From NCBI RefSeq assembly GCF_988242995.1, contig NZ_OZ547043.1: a DNA stretch of 64,000 nucleotides; one strand, written 5' to 3'. The translations under genes and the position numbers were made by a program. Within the stretch, counting starts at the first letter, position 1; every line of letters starts with the position of its first letter. Positions 1 through 10,283 of the stretch are shown in pieces. The notes under the pieces were generated by a model, which saw nothing but the letters and a program-made list of their open reading frames with translations, made no database searches and was not told the origin of the DNA.

Positions 1-945
1 CAGTTCAACAAACCGTGGAGCGAAATCGGCACGGGTCTTTCTGATAAATGCGTTCTCAGTTACGGCGCGTTCCCGGATATCGCCAACGACTTTGGCGAGA
101 AAAGTCTGCTGATGCCTGGCGGCGCGGTGATTAACGGCGACTTCAACAATGTGCTGCCAGTGGATTTGGTTGATCCGCAGCAGGTGCAGGAGTTTGTCGA
201 CCACGCCTGGTATCGATATCCCAACGATCAGGTCGGGCGTCATCCGTTCGATGGCATCACCGACCCGTGGTACAACCCCGGCGATGTCAAAGGCAGCGAT
301 ACCAACATTCAGCAGCTGAATGAACAGGAACGCTACTCGTGGATCAAAGCGCCACGCTGGCGCGGTAATGCGATGGAAGTGGGGCCGCTGGCACGCACGT
401 TAATCGCTTATCACAAAGGCGATGCGGCGACCGTTGAGTCGGTCGATCGCATGATGTCGGCGTTGAACCTGCCGCTTTCCGGCATCCAGTCAACGTTAGG
501 CCGCATTTTGTGTCGCGCGCACGAAGCGCAGTGGGCCGCAGGCAAGTTGCAATATTTCTTCGACAAGCTGATGACCAATCTCAAAAACGGCAATCTCGCC
601 ACCGCCTCTACTGAAAAATGGGAACCAGCAACCTGGCCGACAGAGTGCCGTGGTGTCGGTTTTACCGAAGCGCCGCGCGGGGCGTTAGGCCACTGGGCCG
701 CCATTCGCGATGGCAAGATTGATCTCTACCAGTGCGTGGTACCGACCACCTGGAACGCCAGCCCGCGCGATCCTAAAGGGCAAATTGGCGCTTATGAAGC
801 GGCGCTGATGAACACCAAAATGGCGATCCCCGAGCAACCGCTGGAGATCCTGCGTACTCTGCACAGCTTTGATCCGTGCCTCGCCTGTTCAACACACGTG
901 CTGGGCGACGACGGTAGCGAGCTGATCTCCGTGCAGGTGCGTTAA
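1..945 (+). CDS. hyaB: NiFe hydrogenase 1 large subunit, C-terminal part (5' end outside window)
   Basis: Open frame from base 1 to stop at 945; translation matches HyaB C-terminus including the C-terminal DPCLACSTH nickel-site motif. Confidence 0.95.
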   Translation, partial: QFNKPWSEIGTGLSDKCVLSYGAFPDIANDFGEKSLLMPGGAVINGDFNNVLPVDLVDPQQVQEFVDHAWYRYPNDQVGRHPFDGITDPWYNPGDVKGSDTNIQQLNEQERYSWIKAPRWRGNAMEVGPLARTLIAYHKGDAATVESVDRMMSALNLPLSGIQSTLGRILCRAHEAQWAAGKLQYFFDKLMTNLKNGNLATASTEKWEPATWPTECRGVGFTEAPRGALGHWAAIRDGKIDLYQCVVPTTWNASPRDPKGQIGAYEAALMNTKMAIPEQPLEILRTLHSFDPCLACSTHVLGDDGSELISVQVR

Positions 946-963
946 CAGCGAAGGAGAATCATC

Positions 964-1671
964 ATGCAACAGAAAAGCGACAACGTTGTCAGCCACTATG
1001 TCTTTGAAGCGCCAGTGCGTATCTGGCACTGGCTGACGGTGTTATGCATGGCGGTGTTGATGGTCACCGGATACTTTATCGGCAAGCCGCTACCTTCCGT
1101 CAGCGGCGAGGCGACGTATCTGTTTTACATGGGCTATATCAGGTTGATTCACTTCAGCGCCGGGATGATTTTTACCGTGGTCTTGCTGATGCGGATCTAC
1201 TGGGCTTTTGTCGGCAATCGCTACTCCCGCGAGCTGTTTATCGTGCCAGTATGGCGTAAAAGCTGGTGGCAGGGCGTGTGGTATGAAATCCGCTGGTATC
1301 TGTTTCTGGCAAAACGTCCGAGTGCCGATATTGGCCATAACCCCATCGCCCAGGCGGCGATGTTCGGCTATTTCCTGATGTCAGTTTTTATGATCATCAC
1401 CGGCTTTGCGCTGTACAGCGAACACAGCCAGTACGCTATTTTTGCGCCGTTCCGTTATGTGGTGGAATTTTTCTACTGGACGGGCGGCAACTCAATGGAC
1501 ATTCACAGCTGGCATCGGCTGGGGATGTGGCTGATTGGCGCGTTTGTGATCGGTCATGTCTACATGGCGCTGCGTGAAGACATCATGTCCGACGACACAG
1601 TGATCTCCACCATGGTCAACGGCTACCGTAGCCACAAATTTGGCAAAATAAGTAACAAGGAGCGTTCATGA
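964..1671 (+). CDS. hyaC: hydrogenase 1 b-type cytochrome subunit
   Basis: 235 aa ORF, multi-pass membrane protein, position after hyaB, RBS GGAGAA upstream. Confidence 0.95.
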   Translation: MQQKSDNVVSHYVFEAPVRIWHWLTVLCMAVLMVTGYFIGKPLPSVSGEATYLFYMGYIRLIHFSAGMIFTVVLLMRIYWAFVGNRYSRELFIVPVWRKSWWQGVWYEIRWYLFLAKRPSADIGHNPIAQAAMFGYFLMSVFMIITGFALYSEHSQYAIFAPFRYVVEFFYWTGGNSMDIHSWHRLGMWLIGAFVIGHVYMALREDIMSDDTVISTMVNGYRSHKFGKISNKERS

Positions 1672-2255
1672 GCGAGCAACGCGTGGTGGTAATGGGGCTG
1701 GGCAATCTGCTGTGGGCCGATGAAGGCTTCGGCGTGCGGGTGGCGGAACGGTTGTATGCCCATTACCACTGGCCCGATGAAGTCGAGATTGTTGATGGCG
1801 GCACTCAGGGACTGAACTTGCTGGGGTATGTCGAAAGCGCCAGCCACTTGCTGATTCTCGACGCCATTGATTACGGGTTGGAACCCGGAACGCTGCGAAC
1901 ATATGCCGGAGAACGCATTCCGGCTTATCTTAGCGCGAAGAAAATGAGCCTGCACCAGAACAGCTTCTCCGAAGTGCTGGCGCTGGCAGATATCCGCGGA
2001 CATCTGCCAGCACATATTGCCCTCGTCGGTCTGCAACCCGCAATGCTCGACGACTACGGCGGTAGCCTGAGCGAACTGGCGCGTGAGCAACTGCCCGCTG
2101 CGGAACAGGCGGCGCTGGCGCAGCTGGCTGTGTGGGGAATTGTGCCGCAACCGGCTAATGAATCGCGCTGTCTCAATTATGACTGTCTGTCTATGGAAAA
2201 TTACGAAGGCATTCGCTTGCGCCAGTACCGGATGACGCTGGAGGAACAGGGATGA
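1668..2255 (+). CDS. hyaD: hydrogenase 1 maturation endopeptidase
   Basis: 195 aa ORF overlapping hyaC stop by 4 nt; operon position. Confidence 0.93.
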   Translation: MSEQRVVVMGLGNLLWADEGFGVRVAERLYAHYHWPDEVEIVDGGTQGLNLLGYVESASHLLILDAIDYGLEPGTLRTYAGERIPAYLSAKKMSLHQNSFSEVLALADIRGHLPAHIALVGLQPAMLDDYGGSLSELAREQLPAAEQAALAQLAVWGIVPQPANESRCLNYDCLSMENYEGIRLRQYRMTLEEQG

Positions 2256-2650
2256 GCAACGACACACCATTTAATGCGTTGTGGCAACGAATGCTGGCGC
2301 GTGGCTGGACGCCGATCAGTGAATCCCGTCTCGACGACTGGCTTACGCAAGCGCCAGACGGCGTGGTGTTATTAAGCAGTGACCCGAAACGCACGCCAGA
2401 AGTCAGCGATAACCCGGTCATGATTGGCGAATTACTGCGCGAGTTTCCCGACTATACATGGCAGGTAGCGATTGCTGACCTTGAGCAGAGCGAAGCCATC
2501 GGCGATCGCTTTGGCGTCTTTCGCTTTCCCGCCACATTAGTATTTACCGGCGGAAACTATCGCGGCGTGCTGAATGGTATTCACCCGTGGGCGGAACTGA
2601 TAAACCTGATGCGCGGACTTGTCGAACCGCAGCAGGAGCGTGCCTCATGA
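2252..2650 (+). CDS. hyaE: hydrogenase 1 operon chaperone-like protein
   Basis: 132 aa ORF, ATGA overlap with hyaD. Confidence 0.9.
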   Translation: MSNDTPFNALWQRMLARGWTPISESRLDDWLTQAPDGVVLLSSDPKRTPEVSDNPVMIGELLREFPDYTWQVAIADLEQSEAIGDRFGVFRFPATLVFTGGNYRGVLNGIHPWAELINLMRGLVEPQQERAS

Positions 2651-3504
2651 GCGAAACTTTTTTCCATCTGCTGGGGCCAGGAACGCAACCGAACGATGAC
2701 AGTTTCAGCATGAATCCACTGCCGATCACCTGTCGGGTGAATGGTGAACCGAGTATGGCGGCCCTGGAGCAATGTGCTCACAGCCCGCAGGTGATTGCGC
2801 TGTTAAACGAGTTACAACATCAACTAAGCGAACGCCAGCCGGCGCTGGGTGAGGTACTGGCAGTCGATCTGTTAAATCTCAACGCCGACGATCGTCACTT
2901 TATCAATACGCTTCTCGGGGAAGGGGAAGTGTCAGTGCGCATTCAGCAGGCTGATGGTAGTGAAAGTGAAATTCAGGAGGCGATCTTCTGCGGATTATGG
3001 CGGGTGCGCAGACGTCGCGGCGACAAGTTGCTGGAGGACAAACTGGAGGCTGGCTGCGCGCCGCTGGCATTGTGGCAGGCGGCAACGCAAAACGTCTTGC
3101 CGACAGATTCGCTGTTACCGCCGCCCATTGATGGCCTGATGAATGGCCTACCGTTGGCGCATGAGTTACTGGCGCATGTACGTAACCCCGACGCGCAGCC
3201 GCACAGCATTAATCTGACGCAATTACCCATCAGCGAGGCTGATCGGCTTTTTCTCTCACGTCTCTGTGGGCCGGGAAATATTCAGATTCGCACCATTGGC
3301 TACGGCGAGAGCTATATCAACGCCACGGGGTTACGCCATGTCTGGCATTTACGCTGCACGGACACCTTAAAAGGCCCGTTACTTGAGAGTTATGAAATCT
3401 GCCCGATACCGGAAGTGGTTCTGGCAGCGCCAGAAGATTTGGTCGACTCAGCGCAGCGGCTTAGCGAGGTATGTCAGTGGCTGGCGGAAGGGGCACCTTC
3501 GTAA
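2647..3504 (+). CDS. hyaF: hydrogenase 1 operon protein HyaF
   Basis: 285 aa from ATG at 2647 (MSETFFHLL); the longer track ORF from 2587 overlaps hyaE and is not used. Confidence 0.9.
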   Translation: MSETFFHLLGPGTQPNDDSFSMNPLPITCRVNGEPSMAALEQCAHSPQVIALLNELQHQLSERQPALGEVLAVDLLNLNADDRHFINTLLGEGEVSVRIQQADGSESEIQEAIFCGLWRVRRRRGDKLLEDKLEAGCAPLALWQAATQNVLPTDSLLPPPIDGLMNGLPLAHELLAHVRNPDAQPHSINLTQLPISEADRLFLSRLCGPGNIQIRTIGYGESYINATGLRHVWHLRCTDTLKGPLLESYEICPIPEVVLAAPEDLVDSAQRLSEVCQWLAEGAPS

Positions 3505-3637
3505 AAAGACGGTAAGTATCGCTTTCAGGCTTATGAATATCGCAATCGGCGAATACCTCTGGTCGTAGAGTTTCAGGATAAAGAGGGAGATCTACCATTA
3601 ACGGGTTATTTTTCTCTCTTCGCCTACAGGAGTGCGC

Positions 3638-5182
3638 ATGTGGGATGTCATTGATTTATCGCGCTGGCAGTTTGCTCTGACCGCGCTGTATCACTTTTTA
3701 TTTGTACCCCTTACCCTGGGGCTGATTTTTTTGCTGGCTATCATGGAAACCATTTACGTGGTCACCGGCAAAACAATCTACCGCGATATGACGCGCTTCT
3801 GGGGTAAGCTCTTCGGTATCAACTTTGCTCTTGGCGTGGCTACCGGCCTGACCATGGAGTTTCAGTTTGGTACTAACTGGTCATTCTATTCCAACTATGT
3901 GGGCGATATTTTTGGCGCACCGCTGGCGATGGAAGCATTAATGGCCTTCTTCCTCGAATCCACTTTTGTCGGGCTGTTCTTCTTCGGCTGGCAACGGCTG
4001 AATAAATACCAGCACCTGCTGGTGACGTGGCTGGTGGCGTTCGGTTCAAATCTCTCTGCGTTGTGGATATTGAATGCCAACGGTTGGATGCAATACCCGA
4101 CCGGTGCGCATTTTGATATCGACACCCTTCGTATGGAAATGACCAGCTTCAGCGAGCTGGTCTTTAACCCGGTCAGCCAGGTGAAATTTGTGCACACCGT
4201 AATGGCGGGCTACGTGACTGGGGCCATGTTTATTATGGCGATCAGCGCCTGGTATTTACTGCGCGGACGGGAGCGCGATGTCGCATTACGCTCGTTTGCC
4301 ATCGGTTCCGTCTTCGGTACTCTGGCGATTATCGGCACGCTGCAACTCGGAGACAGTTCTGCGTATGAAGTCGCGCAAGTACAACCGGTAAAACTGGCGG
4401 CGATGGAAGGGGAATGGCAAACGGAACCTGCACCTGCACCGTTCCATGTGGTTGCCTGGCCGGAACAGGATCAAGAGCGTAACGCCTTTGCTATCAAAAT
4501 TCCCGCGCTGCTAGGGATCCTCGCCACTCACTCATTAGATAAGCCCGTGCCGGGTCTGAAGAATTTGATGGCTGAAACCTACCCACGCTTGCAACGCGGA
4601 CGTATGGCCTGGCTGTTAATGCAGGAAATATCGCAAGGCAATCGTGAGCCGCATGTGTTGCAGGCATTTCGGGAGTTGGAAGGCGACCTGGGTTACGGCA
4701 TGTTGCTCTCCCGCTATGCGCCGGATATGAACCATGTCACAGCTGCACAGTACCAGGCGGCGATGCGTGGCGCGATACCTCAGGTTGCGCCGGTATTCTG
4801 GAGTTTCCGCATCATGGTGGGCTGTGGTTCTCTGCTGCTACTGGTGATGCTGATTGCGCTTGTCCAGACGCTGCGTGGCAAAATTGACCAGCATCGCTGG
4901 GTGCTGAAAATGGCGCTCTGGAGTTTGCCGCTGCCGTGGATTGCGATTGAAGCCGGGTGGTTTATGACCGAGTTTGGTCGTCAGCCGTGGGCGATACAGG
5001 ACATCTTACCGACATACTCCGCGCACTCCGCTTTAACCACAGGACAACTGGCTTTCTCACTGATCATGATCGTAGGGCTTTACACCCTGTTCTTAATCGC
5101 CGAAGTCTACCTGATGCAGAAATATGCCCGTCTGGGGCCGAGCGCGATGCAGAGTGAACAACCGACGCAGCAACAGGGGTAA
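3638..5182 (+). CDS. appC: cytochrome bd-II ubiquinol oxidase subunit I
   Basis: 514 aa from ATG 3638 ([12 protein letters not shown]); track ORF begins at an upstream GTG. Confidence 0.95.
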   Translation: MWDVIDLSRWQFALTALYHFLFVPLTLGLIFLLAIMETIYVVTGKTIYRDMTRFWGKLFGINFALGVATGLTMEFQFGTNWSFYSNYVGDIFGAPLAMEALMAFFLESTFVGLFFFGWQRLNKYQHLLVTWLVAFGSNLSALWILNANGWMQYPTGAHFDIDTLRMEMTSFSELVFNPVSQVKFVHTVMAGYVTGAMFIMAISAWYLLRGRERDVALRSFAIGSVFGTLAIIGTLQLGDSSAYEVAQVQPVKLAAMEGEWQTEPAPAPFHVVAWPEQDQERNAFAIKIPALLGILATHSLDKPVPGLKNLMAETYPRLQRGRMAWLLMQEISQGNREPHVLQAFRELEGDLGYGMLLSRYAPDMNHVTAAQYQAAMRGAIPQVAPVFWSFRIMVGCGSLLLLVMLIALVQTLRGKIDQHRWVLKMALWSLPLPWIAIEAGWFMTEFGRQPWAIQDILPTYSAHSALTTGQLAFSLIMIVGLYTLFLIAEVYLMQKYARLGPSAMQSEQPTQQQG

Positions 5183-5193
5183 AGGAGAAAATC

Positions 5194-6330
5194 ATGTTTG
5201 ATTATGAAACATTGCGCTTCATCTGGTGGCTGCTGATTGGCGTGATCCTGGTGGTCTTTATGATCTCCGACGGATTTGACATGGGGATTGGCTGTTTGCT
5301 GCCGCTGGTGGCGCGTGATGATGATGAACGCCGGATAGTGATTAATAGCGTTGGTGCGCACTGGGAAGGCAATCAGGTCTGGTTGATCCTCGCAGGTGGG
5401 GCATTATTTGCCGCCTGGCCCAGAGTGTATGCAGCGGCGTTTTCCGGCTTTTATGTGGCGATGATCCTGGTGCTGTGCTCGCTGTTCTTCCGCCCGCTGG
5501 CCTTTGATTATCGCGGAAAAATTGCCGATGCACGCTGGCGTAAAATGTGGGATGCCGGTCTGGTCATCGGCAGTCTGGTGCCGCCGGTAGTCTTCGGTAT
5601 CGCCTTCGGCAACTTGTTGCTCGGCGTGCCGTTTGCCTTTACACCGCAATTACGCGTGGAGTATCTCGGCAGCTTCTGGCAACTGCTGACGCCATTCCCT
5701 TTATTGTGCGGATTGCTCAGCCTTGGGATGGTGATTTTGCAAGGTGGCGTCTGGTTACAACTGAAAACTGTTGGTGTGATTCATCTGCGTTCACAGCTGG
5801 CGACCAAACGCGCCGCACTGCTGGTGATGCTGTGCTTTTTGCTGGCGGGTTACTGGCTGTGGGTCGGTATTGATGGCTTTGTACTGCTCGCCCAGGATGC
5901 TAACGGTCCTTCCAATCCGTTAATGAAACTGGTGGCAGTGCTACCTGGTGCCTGGATGAATAATTTCGTCGAATCGCCCGTTCTGTGGATCTTCCCGCTG
6001 CTGGGGTTCTTCTGCCCATTGCTGACGGTGATGGCGATTTATCGTGGTCGCCCGGGTTGGGGATTTATGATGGCGTCATTGATGCAATTTGGCGTGATTT
6101 TCACGGCAGGCATCACGCTGTTCCCCTTTGTCATGCCGTCAAGCGTGAGTCCGATCTCCAGCCTGACGTTGTGGGACAGTACTTCCAGTCAGCTGACGCT
6201 GAGCATCATGTTGGTAATCGTGCTGATATTTTTGCCCATTGTGTTGCTCTACACTCTCTGGAGCTACTACAAAATGTGGGGGCGCATGACAACAGAAACT
6301 CTCCGCCGTAACGAAAACGAGCTGTACTAA
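5194..6330 (+). CDS. appB: cytochrome bd-II ubiquinol oxidase subunit II
   Basis: 378 aa membrane ORF directly after appC. Confidence 0.95.
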   Translation: MFDYETLRFIWWLLIGVILVVFMISDGFDMGIGCLLPLVARDDDERRIVINSVGAHWEGNQVWLILAGGALFAAWPRVYAAAFSGFYVAMILVLCSLFFRPLAFDYRGKIADARWRKMWDAGLVIGSLVPPVVFGIAFGNLLLGVPFAFTPQLRVEYLGSFWQLLTPFPLLCGLLSLGMVILQGGVWLQLKTVGVIHLRSQLATKRAALLVMLCFLLAGYWLWVGIDGFVLLAQDANGPSNPLMKLVAVLPGAWMNNFVESPVLWIFPLLGFFCPLLTVMAIYRGRPGWGFMMASLMQFGVIFTAGITLFPFVMPSSVSPISSLTLWDSTSSQLTLSIMLVIVLIFLPIVLLYTLWSYYKMWGRMTTETLRRNENELY

Positions 6331-6342
6331 GGAGCAGGAACA

Positions 6343-6435
6343 ATGTGGTATTTACTTTGGTTCGTCGGCATTTTGTTGATGTGTTCGCTCTCCACCCTTG
6401 TGTTGGTATGGCTGGACCCGCGATTGAAAAGTTAA
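6343..6435 (+). CDS. appX: small cytochrome bd-II accessory membrane protein (30 aa)
   Basis: ATG at 6343 with RBS AGGAGCAGGAA; translation MWYLLWFVGILLMCSLSTLVLVWLDPRLKS; below track size cutoff. Confidence 0.8.
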   Translation: MWYLLWFVGILLMCSLSTLVLVWLDPRLKS

Positions 6436-6445
6436 CGAACGTAAG

Positions 6446-6476
6446 TCTGATGCGGCGCATTAGCGTCGTATCAGGC
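6446..6476. repeat. REP-like palindromic element
   Basis: ctgatgcggcgcattagcgtcgtatcaggc palindrome between appX and appA. Confidence 0.5.
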
Positions 6477-6514
6477 AATCAATAATGTCGGATATGAAAA
6501 GCGGAAACATATCG

Positions 6515-7825
6515 ATGAAAGCGATCTTGATCCCATTTTTATCTCTTCTGATTCCGTTAACCCCGCAATCTGCATTCGCTCAGAGTGAGCCGGAGCTGAA
6601 GCTGGAAAGTGTGGTGATTGTCAGTCGTCATGGTGTGCGTGCACCAACCAAGGCCACGCAACTGATGCAGGATGTCACCCCAGACGCATGGCCAACCTGG
6701 CCGGTAAAACTGGGTTGGCTGACACCGCGCGGTGGTGAGCTGATCGCCTATCTCGGACATTACCAACGCCAGCGTCTGGTAGCCGACGGATTGCTGACGA
6801 AAAAGGGCTGCCTGCAGCCTGGTCAGGTCGCGATTATTGCTGATGTCGACGAGCGTACCCGTAAAACAGGCGAAGCCTTCGCCGCCGGGCTGGCACCTGA
6901 CTGTGCAATAACCGTACATACCCAGGCAGATACGTCCAGTCCCGATCCGTTATTTAATCCTCTAAAAACTGGCGTTTGCCAACTGGATAACGCGAACGTG
7001 ACTGACGCGATCCTCAGCAGGGCAGGAGGGTCAATTGCTGACTTTACCGGGCATCGGCAAACGGCGTTTCGCGAACTGGAACGAGTGCTTAATTTTCCGC
7101 AATCAAACTTGTGCCTTAACCGTGAGAAACAGGACGAAAGCTGTTCATTAACGCAGGCATTACCATCGGAACTCAAGGTGAGCGCCGACAATGTCTCATT
7201 AACCGGTGCGGTAAGTCTCGCATCAATGCTGACGGAGATATTTCTCCTGCAACAGGCACAAGGAATGCCGGAGCCGGGGTGGGGAAGGATCACTGATTCA
7301 CACCAGTGGAACACCTTGCTAAGTTTGCATAACGCGCAATTTTATTTACTACAACGCACGCCAGAGGTTGCCCGCAGTCGCGCCACCCCGTTATTGGATT
7401 TGATCATGGCAGCGTTGACGCCCCATCCACCGCAAAAACAGGCGTATGGTGTGACATTACCCACTTCAGTGCTGTTTATTGCCGGACACGATACTAATCT
7501 GGCAAATCTCGGCGGCGCACTGGAGCTCAACTGGACGCTTCCAGGCCAGCCGGATAACACGCCGCCAGGGGGTGAACTGGTGTTTGAACGCTGGCGTCGG
7601 CTAAGCGATAACAGCCAGTGGATTCAGGTTTCGCTGGTCTTCCAGACTTTACAGCAGATGCGTGATAAAACGCCGCTGTCATTAAATACGCCGCCCGGAG
7701 AGGTGAAACTGACCCTGGCAGGATGTGAAGAGCGAAATGCGCAGGGCATGTGTTCGTTGGCAGGTTTTACGCAAATCGTGAATGAAGCACGTATACCGGC
7801 GTGCGCTCTCCATCAAGACAAATAA
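6515..7825 (+). CDS. appA: periplasmic acid phosphatase / phytase
   Basis: Start at [12 protein letters not shown] signal peptide; RHGVRAP histidine acid phosphatase motif; C-terminus here reads ...[10 protein letters not shown] and overlaps cspH 3' end. Confidence 0.9.
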
Positions 7826-8025
7826 ACATTTGCCGCTGTTGGTCCTCGCAGGCCATTTACGCGGCAAAATTCCACGCGTAATCCTGGTATAAGCACTTCT
7901 GCGTCGCGGGGAGTGAATGCGGAAATATGGACCTGGACTTCTTTACGACCGTCGGAGGGGATAATGAATCCTTTGCCGCTTTTGCGATCAAAGGTTTTGA
8001 CAATTCCTGTCATTTTACGGGACAA
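7813..8025 (-). CDS. cspH: cold shock-like protein CspH
   Basis: 70 aa CspA-family ORF ([21 protein letters not shown]). Confidence 0.9.
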
Positions 8026-8310
8026 ACAAATTCCTTACTGAATATACTGCGCTGCACTATACGGGGTTAATAAAATAAAGCCAGCGATATTTAAGACCGC
8101 CGGACGGCTAAAATAAAATTTGCTTAATCTCAATTATCATGCGTTAATAGCTGCGTCGGTTTGAAAGACAGACAGCATACAAAGTAGTTTACTAAAGCAG
8201 TTCTCATTATCAGGCATTATCCCCTTCTTTTGAGTCTCTCTCCTGAACACTAAGTAGTTTCTGTATTAAAGCCCTGTTTGCCGAAAGGCCCAAAATGAAG
8301 GAAGTAAAAT

Positions 8311-8523
8311 ATGTCTAATAAAATGACTGGTTTAGTAAAATGGTTTAACGCAGATAAAGGTTTTGGCTTTATCACTCCTGATGATGGCAGCAAAGACGTT
8401 TTCGTCCATTTCACCGCCATCCAGAGCAATGAATTCCGCACGCTGAACGAAAATCAGAAAGTTGAATTTTCTATTGAGCAGGGGCAGCGTGGCCCTGCGG
8501 CAGCGAACGTTGTTACGCTCTAA
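8311..8523 (+). CDS. cspG: cold shock protein CspG
   Basis: 70 aa CspA-family ORF ([21 protein letters not shown]), divergent from cspH. Confidence 0.92.
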   Translation: MSNKMTGLVKWFNADKGFGFITPDDGSKDVFVHFTAIQSNEFRTLNENQKVEFSIEQGQRGPAAANVVTL

Positions 8524-8533
8524 GGTTGCCGTT

Positions 8534-8722
8534 ATTACTCAACATCTCCATTTCCGCTGTCCATGTTGTCATGGTTCACAGTACCGCACATCGGCATTCG
8601 ATGTGACGGAGCGAAACCCTTTGGGCGCTAAGTGTATTTTTTGTAAATCGACGATGATCACCTTTGATAACGTCGCGCTGCAAATACGCACTGACCATGC
8701 GCCGCTGGATTTCACAAAATAA
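8534..8722 (+). CDS. possible small zinc-ribbon protein (ymcF-like); start codon uncertain
   Basis: Open frame encoding CPCCHGSQYRT...CIFCKS (two CxxC pairs) between cspG and ymcE; no canonical start downstream of cspG stop. Confidence 0.3.
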   Translation: MTQHLHFRCPCCHGSQYRTSAFDVTERNPLGAKCIFCKSTMITFDNVALQIRTDHAPLDFTK

Positions 8723-8927
8723 TATCAGGCTCCCTTGTGGAGCCTTTTTTATATCTGCCTTATTTTTCTTCAACGCTGTATGTATAGTAAGCGATAACCT
8801 GTTGATTATTGAATCTTTCGGGGAGATGGCTTATAACATTTCTTACCTGACCAGGGTACCGGGAACCAACACCTTACTGGCGTGTTGCTGTCTTTTAAGA
8901 CCAGAAGAGGTTAACAGTGAATATTGA
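8697..8927 (+). CDS. ymcE: small membrane protein YmcE
   Basis: 76 aa from ATG 8697 (MRRWISQNNIRLP). Confidence 0.7.
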   Translation: MRRWISQNNIRLPCGAFFISALFFFNAVCIVSDNLLIIESFGEMAYNISYLTRVPGTNTLLACCCLLRPEEVNSEY

Positions 8928-9090
8928 AGAGTTAAAAAAACAAGCCGAAACGGAAATCGCCGACTTTATCGCGCAAAAAATCGCCGAGCTGAACAAAAAT
9001 ACAGGGAAAGAAGTCTCTGAAATTCGCTTCACCGCACGAGAAAAAATGACCGGGCTTGAAAGTTATGATGTCAAAATCAAAATAATGTGA
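8917..9090 (+). CDS. gnsA: GnsA, 57 aa regulator/antitoxin-like protein
   Basis: GTG start at 8917, translation MNIEELKKQAETEIADFIAQKIAELNK...; overlaps ymcE 3' end. Confidence 0.8.
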   Translation: MNIEELKKQAETEIADFIAQKIAELNKNTGKEVSEIRFTAREKMTGLESYDVKIKIM

Positions 9091-9138
9091 TTTTGTGAAC
9101 ATCACCCCGTGCGAGGTGATGTTCCGCTTGTTGCTAAT

Positions 9139-10212
9139 TTAGTGCCCAATCATTGTCGCTTGCGGAATTAAGCGTCGGTACAATTCCTCCGGCACCGGGC
9201 TTTGCCATACTCCCGCATACATTGCGTAACCAATCACCGCAAACATAATCCCCAGAATCAGTAGCGTCATTAACCAGCCAGACAACGCAAAGGCTTTTTT
9301 ATTTGCCGCAGGTTTTTGCAGTGAAAAGGTCAATGTTGAGGCTACCGGACATGACTCTACGCAAGTCATACAGCCGGTACATTCCACTGTTCGTACCTGA
9401 ATTAATTTATCGACCGGGATCCGTGATGGGCAATTTTTTGCGCATTTGCCACAGTCGATACAACTTTCGGCATTGCGACGAATCTTAAACGGCGATAATA
9501 GCGAAACCACGCCCATCAGCGCGCCATATGGGCAAAGATAACGACACCAGGCATGGCGAATAAACAGGCTGGCAATCAGCAAAACGGTCACGCTGATTAA
9601 TGTCGCGGTCCCCATATGACGAAAGAAATCGAGCATTTTAACGTCCATCACCACGCTGTAGGGCGACAACATAAAATAGTGAATCGCCTGAGCGGGCATC
9701 AATAACGCAATATAGAGAAAAAAACTCAACAGCAAATACTTCACGCCGCGCAGAGGAATATCCAGCCAGCGGGGAAGGACACATTGCCGACCAAACAGTT
9801 TGTTACCGAGATCGCCGATTAATTCAGAAAGCGTACCAACCGGGCATAACCATGAACAAAAGGCCTTTTTGAGTAATAGACTGATGACGATAAAAGCGAC
9901 CAATAACAGCATCGTGGCGGCGTGGACGGACGGTAACTGACCTGTTGCAAGGCTATATTTCAGATTCATCAGACCGGCAATCGGTAGCCAGCCTTCGATA
10001 CCTCCCGGTCTGGCGACAAATGTCGTACTACCTGCCGTTTCGTAATAGCGCACCCAATACCAGAACGTGATGGCAATATAAATATTCATTGCCAACAGCA
10101 ATAATTGCGTCGCTTTACGCCAGGTCGTGGCATTGCGCCAGTCATTCCACGGTAATTTGCCGCCCGTCGTGCCTGGCCGCCGCTGCCAGCGGGTTCTTCT
10201 TTTCTCTGTCAT
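9139..10212 (-). CDS. yccM: 4Fe-4S ferredoxin-type membrane protein YccM
   Basis: 357 aa ORF with CxxCxxCxxxCP clusters and TM segments. Confidence 0.9.
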   Translation of the reverse strand: MTEKRRTRWQRRPGTTGGKLPWNDWRNATTWRKATQLLLLAMNIYIAITFWYWVRYYETAGSTTFVARPGGIEGWLPIAGLMNLKYSLATGQLPSVHAATMLLLVAFIVISLLLKKAFCSWLCPVGTLSELIGDLGNKLFGRQCVLPRWLDIPLRGVKYLLLSFFLYIALLMPAQAIHYFMLSPYSVVMDVKMLDFFRHMGTATLISVTVLLIASLFIRHAWCRYLCPYGALMGVVSLLSPFKIRRNAESCIDCGKCAKNCPSRIPVDKLIQVRTVECTGCMTCVESCPVASTLTFSLQKPAANKKAFALSGWLMTLLILGIMFAVIGYAMYAGVWQSPVPEELYRRLIPQATMIGH

Positions 10213-10283
10213 GATTTTGCCAGTCTGTTAAGTTGCATACCAAATGCCACTATTCTAGTTGTTCTTAACTGGCTGATATTGAT

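Noticed and set aside
9097-9124. Hairpin gaacatcacc...ggtgatgttc after gnsA
   Set aside because: Good stem but no convincing T-run on either strand; not called as a terminator.
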